From Marsupella aquatica (Eukaryota; Plantae; Marchantiophyta), in assembly GCA_973895155.1 (NCBI GenBank), contig OZ316894.1, positions 26,521,240 to 26,585,239 of the forward strand: a stretch of DNA of 64,000 nucleotides. Direction: 5' to 3'. The notes under the pieces were generated by a model. It was given only the letters and a program-made list of their open reading frames with translations. It was not told the DNA's origin and did no database searches. Shown piece after piece: positions 11,274 through 22,221 of the stretch (positions are counted from its first letter, which is position 1; each line of letters begins with the position of its first letter). The position numbers and the translations under genes are program-made.

Positions 11274-14200
11274 TGACGACACATTATATAAGTACTGTAC
11301 AAAAGCTCCATTATGTGTATCTTCGACAAGTCTTAGTACTGCGAACTCCTTGACTGCAATACCAAAGTTTGAAATGTCTTGATCTTGCAGTGAAACCCCG
11401 TCGTATGTACCGTGGAGCTGAGTTTCATTGGCATTTCTATGGAGAGCCCTAGAGGAAGGCTCTCAAGCAGCCGGCAGAGTCTGCAAATATTCGGCTCATC
11501 TGTAAATTTGGTGGAGGAATTTCTTGTTTTAACCACGTACATGTATCAGTGGCTCAACTTTCCCGTTTTCTGAAAGTGAACAACAGGGAACATTGAATTC
11601 CGGACCTGTGGAGAAAATCTTGGATATAGAAGGAAAACGGTGGCAGTAATGTGGCGAACTAGTGGCGTAAAATTCTGATTTTGTGAAAGTATAATGGGTT
11701 CGAAGCACTTCCGTTTTCAGTGGTGCCACGTGTTTTGGTTTTTAGTGTCTGTAAGTTCCTCCTTTTCCCTTTTTCAAAAACAGGTAATTTCTTTTGCACT
11801 AATGGACGAGGGGGAAAGGTACAAACGAAAGAAGAAAGAGTCGAAAGAGGGCAAGCGAACACTCAAACGAATATCTCTAGATGTCGACTGGGGATATGCA
11901 TTAATCTTGACCTCCCAGATTTAGAGTCAAGTGGGAAGGATGGAGGTCAGCCAACCCAAAGGGTGACAGACGAATAGCAGGAGGCGTTTGATCCCTTTCA
12001 ACGAGAACTGTCACTGGGGTCACGTGCCGGATCCAAATTGGATAACAGCCCAAACAAGAGAACATAAGAAGTGACTCTGATGAGTCCCATAACGGACACA
12101 TCTAATGACGATTCTGCTTTCAAGACCACACTAGGAGACATCTATTTACTATTATGCTTTCTGGAACATGCTTTCTGGACCACAGCATAATGCGAAATCC
12201 TAATCAACATCCTTTCAGTGCATGTGGTTGCTGAAATCGAAGAAGTCTTGAGCAAGTTCAGTTATGAGTGGCTTGAAGCCACCAACTCACCAAGAAGATA
12301 AGGCAAATATTTTGCTCATAAAGCCACCAACTGAGAATAGAGGGCACCATACAGAACGTATGGGTTATGAGTTACTCTACGGGCCGTCTTCCATGTAGGC
12401 AGACCTCAAAATATCGGCCCTTAGCACTCCCTAAACTGTTAGGAAAATGTAGATCTCGATTTTCCACAGTATCTGCTGCCCTGCTATGTGTGAATTGCGC
12501 AAGCCTTCTCATGCCCCTCCTTCGTTGTTTCCAACTCTGGATTTTACAGGGGCACTATGCAGGGAAGTGAGGCTACAAAATGTCTCCCTGTAAAGTGTCG
12601 GTTGACTTGCACTCCGGTTCAAATGCTCTCCTGCTCGCTCCTTTCCACTTCTGCTCTTGTTCACATGCGGTCCTGCTGTATACTGCTCACTTGCACTCCT
12701 GCTCAATGGCGCTCCTGCTCACCTCCGGCTTCCTGCGCCCCTTTCAAGTTATCATTCCTCCAGTACAAGGTTCGACATAGTACATGGTGGCAATCGTGGT
12801 GGGATTTCACTGTATGCCTAGTAATTGTCTCGAAGGGTGATTTGTATTACCAGTCCAGTTTGCTGTAACAGGACTACTTTGTGATGCGCTCTGTTGGATG
12901 CCATTCTTCAACCCTAACTCACTAGAACCCTACAAGATTGTGATATTTCCAGCAATGATTGCAGCGGCATCCGAAGACTTGTCATGAGGCCATGTACTCG
13001 TCGAATGCTGAGTTATCAGCTTTCTGTGTTGCTATTTAGAAGTGCAGAGGGCCTTTGTGGATTTAAGTTGGACGAGCAACGGAATCAGAGAGCTGTCGAT
13101 TCGTGTTTTGTTAATTAACTGGGAAAACAGGCTGAACCCATCGACAAGGTTCAGTGGACAGGTTCATTTCCCTGCGAAGCCAAATTGAGATAACTTGGAA
13201 GCTTGGAATGGAAGCAAGAGAAGATAAGGCTGATTAAACTAGCAGAAAACAAAAAGGAAGTAGCCACTGGCGGTCCAAGTGACAGTGGCCAGGTACTTAA
13301 GCTTCTTGGACTTCACGGTGACCAATATGTCACGGGGAAGCTCCTTTCCAAAAGGTGTATTCGGTTCTTGACATTCACAACCAATATGTCACAATGCAGC
13401 TTCTTCTAAAAAGGTGGGCAACAAAACTCTTGAGTTCACGGTTGCAGCTTTTAAGCCAAATGTTCAGTTTTTGAGCCTAATGTTTCATGGCAAAAAAAAC
13501 ATTCAAAGTGCTGGGATCCAGATGGACAGAGAGAGGCTACTCCACTCCCAGGAGTTGCAACGACTACAACAGTCGAACAATGACAACGACATAACTTTGA
13601 GCAGCATTGACAAGCCTCTATCAACATACCCGTCTTGACGTTGGCAGCTACTTGATTGGAGGTGATTTCAAAGGCCGTAGTCTCCATGCTCTTCTTGCCT
13701 TCTTGCCTAATTCGCGGTTGACAACAATTTCAATGGGAACCAGAAGCAGACCTCCTCTCTCTGAAACTGAAATCCTTCTCTTTGAAATTGATATCGTTAG
13801 GAGTCAGAGAGTTTTGAACTCACCACAACTCCATATGCAGGTCTTGGGCCGTTTGCAGGGGGTTAGTTTATTAACAGGAGCGTGGAGGAAGTGGGTGACT
13901 AGGTGCACAATAAATCCAAAGACAGTACACTTGAACAACAGGTGTAAAGTACACACAGTACAGTTGAAAACAGGTGTAAAGTGAGTCTTTTAGTTTTATT
14001 CACACTTCAGGGTTTGGGACCTCAAGGGCGGGATAGTTTCCTGCCTTCCCTTGGTTCTCCACAATAAATGCCATGAGGCATGCCTTCAACACAACATGAA
14101 ATTCAAGTACGCTGTATTAATGCAAATGATATCAAATAAGCATCAAGAGCAAGGCATTGTGTGCATACTCCCAAGAGGAATTGAACATTTATCCTGTCAG

Positions 14201-15299
14201 GAGTTGCAATCTACAGACAAGTCTATTAGTAATACAGAAACTTTTCAACACAACATGAAATTTGACAAGGGACTATCTATCACTAAGTGGGGAAGAAGCT
14301 TACAAATTCCTCCCTTTCATCATGCCAAGTTGCCTTGACAGAAGCTTCCATTGCTTCACGAAACTTGGTTCTATCAGAAAAGTCTGTAACAAAAGCCAAG
14401 TGCTAGTAAATTTAGAAACTCTTTCTTTTGATTATACTCTCTGCATAACTGTAGGCAGCACATGTAGAGAATTGCTTCAAATCAACTGTAGGATTGACAT
14501 CAGAATGGCACTCTCTAATTGCATTTCAAAATTCTAGAAAGTCTGCTTCAATCGCTTGCATTGTGACAGGTCGGACAATGGGTGGAGAACCGTCAACACA
14601 TGTTGGATCCTGCCAAGACAAATTGTAAGCCCCATCCTCATGTTTGGTCAAGGTGACTATAAACTTTCTATTTTGTCCCATCTTCTCCTTCCAATAGGTA
14701 GCAGCACCGAGCAGCTGTGAGCAGCAGCAAGGGGAATGAACTGTCTAGCAACTTGAAACAACCAGCAGCTGTAACCAACTGTAAGTAGCAACCAGCAGTT
14801 GTGAGCATCAACCCCAAGGTTAGCAGAAACGCACACAAAACTTGGTCCTATGAATCAGAGTATGGCAGGCTTGCTGGAGAAGAGACCAGGTCCAGGTCAA
14901 GCTATGGTGGGCAGGTGTGATGACTGAGCTTAGACAAATGTGTGGAAGTCGCATCAGCAACATTGATAGAAAACAGCCCTCCTTGAAATGAAACTGGAAA
15001 GAGCACAGCCTGAAACAGGCTTGAACAAAAAAAAGTAATTCAAAGAGCGAAAAACATTTGAGAGCCTCACCAAATTCAAGCTGGTGAGAGTGCAAGGAGA
15101 GGAAGCAAGCGTAATAACTCAACGAGATCATGGAGGGCTGCTGCAGCCCTGAACCAAGAGGAAAGATTGAGAGCAGACAAGCTCCCCAAAACTTGAGCTA
15201 TGGTCAGCCGATGTAAGGATGCTCGCTCAAGTGGGGAGGGGGAGGAGATAAGGGGAAGGGAGAGTCCTGAGGAAAAAAGTGTTGCATGCCTACTTAGAC

Positions 15300-15568
15300 C
15301 CCATTGTCTAAAATAATTCTCTTCACCTTGCCTCCATTACACTTCTTTTCTCAAATGACTTGCTCCAGGTATCTTTTGCGTAGGGACATATTTTATGCAA
15401 CATGGTTTCCACATTAACATCATTTGCACAATGGCATCTTTTTCACATGGACATCTTTATGCAACAACATATTTTATGTAACGGCATATTTTACGACCCA
15501 GCTTCTTGTCTGCAACTACATCCTGTTCGAAACTACATCTTTTGTGCAACACATGGGTGTTGAGCTAG
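15300..15568 (+). mobile_element. Non-autonomous Helitron-like fragment
   Basis: Degenerate CATATTTTATGCAAC / CATCTTTT repeats end in TTGTGCAACACATGGGTGTTGAGCTAG|T (15542-15568). The architecture matches 1248-1752. Confidence 0.65.
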
Positions 15569-15953
15569 TGACCATACATCATGTTGACTGAGTGTACAAA
15601 TGATGACATGGCATTATGTGATTGGTCCGTGCTCGTGTTAAGTAAACTACTCTACTCACTTATTGTTACTAAAGAGCATCAAATTTTGGTAGTCCCTCAA
15701 AATTTGTGTCCATTTTATCTAAGAAAGGGCTTTCTATAACCCCTCTTATGTATGAAAGAGTTGCAAGCTATGATGTAGACTGGCCCATGACCAAAGAGCA
15801 GTTTGATCACAATAAAATTGAATAAATCTTCCTCTCTCCCTCCTAGCTCGCTCATGATTTAGCTAAATAATGTGTGAACTCCTTCACCCTTACTCATGTT
15901 TTAATCCTTGTTGTATGTTCTTAAGACTTTGGTCGGAATATCCTAGGACTACC

Positions 15954-16608
15954 CTACCTTGGGATACAAGTTCCAGCTTTGAGATCCCTTCCCTCAGTCA
16001 AAATAAGTGGATATAATATAAGGAGAAGACTGCTCTTGAAGCCATTCCTCACACCAAATGTTGTACTACACAATACTAAGTCATTATTTTTCTGGTGTAT
16101 CATGCTCCAAGTGAACGCATCATCATTCACAGCCCGGTTCACAGTACCTAAATCCATTGTTTCATTTTCAGATCACTCCATTCTTCAGTTGCCCATTAAA
16201 AATACTCAAGAGAGTGTTGTTGTGCCATTCTCATACTAGAAAGCCTACAAGTGCTTTGTACTTGCTCTAGGTGTTCAGTACATGAGTGAGGTAGGATCAT
16301 GTTCTAGCCATGTTGGGAAAATATGTTCAGGAGAACATTGTGCAGATTGGTTCACATCCCCAACGTGGCTGCTGTTAAAGACCACAGTAGAGTGCATGAA
16401 CTGTTGCGAATATAACCACTCATTTTCCTGCAAGTGTTTTCCAACAAGACCTTATTTTGTTAGTAGAGTGTCCACTTTGATTACAGTGCACGTTTGTGGT
16501 TAGTGCATCCATTATGTGAGAACTCCCATTATTTAATGCCATGCCCGTGAATCTTGTAAGCCTATTTGTTTCTTGTGGTTGGTACTTCATGTTACAAGAG
16601 CAACTCAA
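15954..16608 (-). pseudogene. Possible heavily decayed MULE/SWIM-type transposase-related fragment
   Basis: The fragments SCSCN..RLTRFTGMAL..SH..D..HC and VNDDAFTWSMIHQKNNDLVL resemble, in order, motifs I recall from plant MULE-derived zinc-binding proteins. Many stops and frameshifts. Confidence 0.3.
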
Positions 16609-18402
16609 AAGTTGTTGAAGTTTAGTTGACCACCATATTACTTATTTGATCTGAGTGGTCTGATTGGATCAAGTTGATGTAGTCATTGCTACCCATGATG
16701 ATTGTAACAAAGAATAAAGCCAACGGAGTGGTAGTCATGTTTGTCCCATGGAGCGCTTCCAACCCCAGATTGATCTGTTGGTTCATGCCTTCCCTATCCC
16801 TGGAATCTACATGATATGCCTCCCAACCCCACCTCCAGCTAGTAAGCCTATCATACAACTAGCATGATAGAATAGTGAGCAAGATATATATCAAATTGGA
16901 TGTTATGACAAAATCACAAGGACTGGAACCTAGAGTGGTTTTCTTATGTGGTCACTACAGCTTGTTTTAATTCAGTATTTGACTGGATACAAATCTTCAA
17001 AGGTTTTGCAGCTAGCTAAATAATTTTGGGATTGCTTTTACAAAGCATGGGATTGTAATGGCTGATTGGGGGGATTTCTCTGGTGTCTCCTCCACTTCCT
17101 GATAATCTTTGACAGAAGACTTCCACAAACTCCACCTCCTAGATGACTTGCCATGATGCTTCTTTTGGGATGTGTGCGTTCCGTCCTTCCCCTGATGAAG
17201 TTTCACTCACCACAGAATTGTTAGGAAAGTCATCCAATTAATCAGACTGCATTGAAGCGACAGAAACTTTGTCTGGTAATTGTGGGGACCTAAAATGAGA
17301 GACTAGAGCTCAATGGTTGTTTATTTCAGTCCTACTCTTAGAGAACACAAAGGGATAATTCAACAAAACCACAATCTCATCAGTTCACGTAGATTGTCTA
17401 ACTGGCAGCATTGCGGCCTCATCTGCCAGCATGGTGCAAATGTCAAACTAAGGGAAGCAAATAGCATAGTCAATATGGAGGTAAAACATCTGGCTTGGCT
17501 GGAACTCCAACCATCGAGGCTAAGCCACTTTCTTCAAGAACAAACGAGCTCAAGAGATACTGTAAAGCCTTCCGCTCATGAGAGATAAGTGTTTGAAGCA
17601 CCAGATAGGCACTTTTGGCAATGGCGAACACAGGGCACTCGACAATTTTGGCGGTCTATCTAAGAACCGTCAAGCTCCACCAAAGAGCTTGTATCAGATT
17701 AGTTTATGAGAACCTCCCCGTTGCAAAGATCCTCTCCAACATTTTGTCATACGACATTCTTTCCCTCTACACCAAGCAAAGGACGACTATATTAATGAAT
17801 TACATCATGGTCAAGTGCATATAGATACATCATAATTAAAGTCAAACTGCAAAAACAAACAGAGAAAGATCCATGAGGGGCCCCCAACAGAAGTAACTCA
17901 CGAAGAAGAGGCGGATGGACAAGGCCAAAATGCCGATGAGCATCAAAGTCACGAAAGCAAGAGGTTTCTTGATGCAAACACAACAGACTACACAATCTCA
18001 CCGAATTGTTTCCTTCATGAACCTCCGAGAACGGATAGATAGACAACAGTATTGACGCAGTAGACTATAGCGACACAACATTGGTATGTAATTTGTACAA
18101 TCAATTAGTTTCAAGACAATGGTTATCAAAGCATGCAAATAGAGTTCACTTGGTCAATGTCGTTACTCTGCAAAGCCACAAAATCTAAACAAATTATCTA
18201 TATACGAATGTGGAGCCTGCTAAGACTTATGAGTGAAAGAAAAAGACGATGTCCCTGCGCTATTCAACTATAGCTCTTTATTTGTCAAAGCGCCAAGACC
18301 TATTAAGCTACTTTGCAACGCCATAAATCCAGAAAAAACTATCATTCTATAGAAGAATGTGGAGCCTGAGCTAAGACTTATGAGCAAAAAGGAAAACGAT
18401 GA

Positions 18403-19350
18403 TCATGGCTCTACATTGTTTAGCCAATTTATCTGCCGATGCGCCAAGACTTGCATAGCATTTGCCATATCTTTGAACACAGACACCATGGCTTTACGAT
18501 TAGCAGATGCAGACTTCTTCTTAGCCGCTTCACGAACCATTTTTGTTTTCTCAAGTTTGAATTGTTTGTCAGAACATAACATTTGCTTTGTCATCTAATC
18601 ATTAAGAGACAAAATTAGACTTTCATGACTAGTCTTCAAAACTCCCGAGATGTCTACAGTTTGTCTTCTCTTTGCCCTTCCTATCGATCTTGCGATGCTA
18701 TTTCCCGGGGCCACCAGAACATTATGAGGCTCTCTCTCAGGGGACAATTCAATTGTCCGGTTTTCACATGTAAAAGCTTGGTGCAAAAGGAACTCAGGAT
18801 ATGGTGCAGCTGATAGATTAGGAGAGGCAACGTGCACTCCCAAATCAAATGTGGCAGGTGGAACCATGCACACACGCTGCAAGCAAAACCAATTCATTAT
18901 GTCATACAAATTCTTGTTAAACTTGGGAACAAGTTTAGCTTGGATTCGCTAATTTTTGCTCATATTATAATATGACGACCCTCCAGAAGATAAGATAAAA
19001 TCTCTAATGCCCTTCCAATCCCAGAATAAATTGTTTCATTTTGTCGTGCAAACTGATTGTATTCTGTCCAAATAGCCTTTGGCACTCATGAACCATGCAA
19101 TCTCAACCCACTTTTGGACACTTGAAAAAAAATGACGTTGTCCAATGTTATCCACGTGCAATTTGACTTATGTTTTCTTAGCTTGAGCCAAGCACAACAT
19201 TTTTGGTTTATTCCAATTCTGCACTCGAGGTCTGGCTGGTCTATCCTGTGATTGTTGAGAATCAGGAATGAAAAAAGTAGAAGCGGGGGAAGTAGTAAAG
19301 GCCATTGCACATGGATAACGATCATTGCTTACATAATCTTCCAAGAACAC
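18403..19350 (-). pseudogene. Myb/SANT-like (trihelix-type) DNA-binding protein pseudogene, typical of PIF/Harbinger ORF1
   Basis: One frame broken by four stops: RVQNWNKPKMLCLAQAKKT*..KWVEIAWFMSAKGYLDRIQSVCTTK*NNLFWDWKGIRDF..SGGSSYYNMSKN*RIQAKLVPKFNKNLYDIM..GRAKRR..ND*..KDMANAMQVLA. Confidence 0.8.
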
Positions 19351-19769
19351 GCAAGCTTTAAATTCAGTTTTGTTGCAATCAGCGGATGACCCTCTCTAGT
19401 GTAGGCTCTCACAGTGGCAACCCGCCACAACACACAATGAAGCTACACAGTGATGATCCTGCAACAAAAAGTTACGGGACCGCCAAGTGAAACGATGTTA
19501 CAAAAAGCTAAGTTCCAAACACTCATGGCACTTAACTTTTTAGTTAAGTACTCAAAAAGCAATTATCACTAACTATTGCTTGTTACAATTATTAACTATG
19601 ACATTTAATTGTGAGTACAACTTGCGCCGGCAGGAACCCTGCGCCTGGTTTTTTAATTAAAAAATTAGTTAAAAGATAACTTTAGGTGGAAACCCATCCT
19701 AAACTTATAATTTTTGAATAATTCTTTCAACAATGTGGCTTTTAAAATAAAGATATCTTTAAAAATACA

Positions 19770-21080
19770 ACTATTTATATTAGGCTATGATTGCATATAG
19801 TATCACAAAATATACACTCTGTTGATTTTTTGTGTTTGTACTTCCTCTATTGCTTCTTCCAATACTATTACATTCTCCACCACTATCACCACCAATATTT
19901 TATTTATGGTTATTAGTATTTAACTCTATCAATATCATATCAAACTCTGTCCCAATAATCCTAGCTCTTTGCTCTCTCAAAAGGTCCAATTGGCCTTCTC
20001 TACAAATACATATAAAAACTTTCAATAAGTCAAGATAATCCAACTAGGCTCTCAAACAAGGTAACATCCTCAAAAGCAATTGGATGAGTAACCCAAATAG
20101 TGCCATTTGCATGATCACTGAAATTTGATAAAAATAAACTTTATCCTTACTAGGGCTATCTTTATTGCACCCACCATGGTTACCTTTACTCTTAGGGGGT
20201 CAACTACTAAAATTAAAAATTATGAGAACCATGTGCGTGCACTTCAAAATACATATTTTATGGAAATTAGCTAATTTCTAAAGAAAATAGACTATCCATA
20301 TTAGGCTATGATTGCATGTGGTATCACAAAATATACACTATGTTGATTCATTTTGCATATAATCCCTCTATTGGATGTGATTAAAAGTTTTTACCATTCA
20401 AGCATCTTGATACTTAAATTGTATTTGTGGTTTGTTTTGCACAACTTGAGCTTGCAATTGATGGCAGGGTGATGGAGACCTCTTGAATAAATTTTCATCA
20501 TAAAGACATGCAGGAGATAGAGGAGAGAGTCAAGAAAATTCATAAAGATATGAAGTGAGTAGTTATTTTGGTTGAATGAGTGAAGGTAGACTTAGTTCAA
20601 TATAGACTCAATCACAGACTATAGATTACATTGTGAATTACATCTTGTCTAAATGTTAGGAAGCTCAGATTACAGTGTGAATTATATTTTGTCTAAATGT
20701 TAGGAAGCTTACACATAGCTTTATCTTGTTTTTATTATTGTTTCTATTTAGGCCACACAAAAAAGAGTTGATTACATGTAAAACATACCTTGAGAGTTGT
20801 GTACACTCGGGGTAGTCTATTAAAAATTGTAGGAACCATGTGCTATCCAAAATAGGGTTTTTTAATATGAACTAGTTAAAATTTCAAAAAGCATAAAAGG
20901 TAAAAGAAGACATTACAAACTTGTATTTATAGAATATTCTCTAATATACACATTTTATAAAGTAAAATATACAATATTAATATTAAAAATAAAAAATGTT
21001 CTTGGAACTATTTTTTATAAAATAAATGTATTTATATTAGGTTAGGATCGCACATGGTACCCTAAAATACACACTAAGTT
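19770..21080 (+). repeat. Three dispersed copies of a ~55-bp AT-rich repeat (19770-19827, 20291-20348, 21031-21080)
   Basis: Shared TATTAGGCTATGATTGCATRTRGTATCACAAAATATACACT..GTT; the third copy is more diverged. Confidence 0.75.
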
Positions 21081-21127
21081 AACCCCACACTGTGTACAAG
21101 GTATGCATATGTAAAAATCTTGATATT

Positions 21128-21300
21128 GCCCAGAGAGGCATGACTTTGTGGTAGCTCACTTGAATTGAAACTGATCAGTCTTGGGTTCAACTGTTGTGGC
21201 TGACACTTCCCAACTATTGTGGCTGTCTTTTCCCTTTCTGTGGGGTTTCACAGATTTCCCCTTAAATTTATAAAAAACAATAAAAAACAAAAAAACAAAA
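21128..21300 (+). mobile_element. tRNA-derived SINE with an A-rich tail and a target-site duplication
   Basis: A-box-like TGACTTTGTGGT (21141-21152) and B-box-like GGTTCAACT (21184-21192). A-rich tail at 21272-21305. TSD AAAAATCTTGATATT (21113-21127) versus AAAAACCTTGATATT (21301-21315). Confidence 0.85.
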
Positions 21301-22188
21301 AAAAACCTTGATATTAAATGACTACAATCATGCAATGTATATTTTTCATGACTAGTAGAAAATAATTATTGTAGCACTGCATCAATAGCAAAAAATATAT
21401 TATTCTATATAGTACTGCCTCACTCACTCTCTTTGACGAGAATATAATGGATTAGTTATTTCTATTCAATTCTAAGAATCATAACAAACAACATTGTATT
21501 GTATGTAGAGCCAAAAGACTTGGTTAGACTAAAATAAAGGAATATATGTCAACAATCATGGCATACAAGTCAATAATGTAGGGTGGTCACAAATGAACGA
21601 GTGAGACAAGGTTGCCCCATGTCCTTATGTTGGGGAAGATAGGGAATATCATTCAAGTGCGAAGGGTGAGATTGGGTGGGGGCCATCACCACGGCAAACA
21701 ACAAACAGGTTTACTGGTACCAGCAAAAGATTTCATGTTACTAGGAAAATTTTACTATTACCAGTAAAAAAGATGATCTAAAAATGTATCATTTAAAGTC
21801 TTATTTTTCAAAATAATTAAAATCATGACATTTTTTTGCAAGCGCCAAGCGATGTTATTGTTATCTCCGAGCGCTAGCATTACGATGATGACTAACCCCA
21901 AAAAAACTAAAAAAATTACTATCCACTTTCCTATTACCAGTAACTGTTTCCTGTTATTGTTTCCTGTTTCCTGTCGTTTGTAAATACCCCTTGGGTGGGA
22001 AAAGAGGTGAGCCAATGGCAAGGAAAGGAAAGGGTAATGGACTTTTTAAACAATTTTGCATTTTTCATTGCCCTTTCATAACCATTTCAATGACTAATCA
22101 TTGTCATTCAAATTGTCATATTTTCACTCTCCACTCACTCCATATTGCATTATGTGCAATTTTGCTCATTGTTTGCTAAGTTGCTTTC

Positions 22189-22190
<2 letters not shown>

Positions 22191-22219
<29 letters not shown>
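22191..22219. repeat. (GT)14 microsatellite
   Basis: Read directly from the sequence. Confidence 0.97.

Positions 22220-22221
<2 letters not shown>

Noticed and set aside
15077-15096. CAAGCTGGTGAGAGTGCAAG resembling the 18-bp minisatellite at 2647
   Set aside because: A single short match with no flanking homology; it may be chance.
21128-21200. Functional tRNA gene
   Set aside because: The A and B boxes are degenerate and no cloverleaf is evident; the A-rich tail and TSD indicate a SINE.
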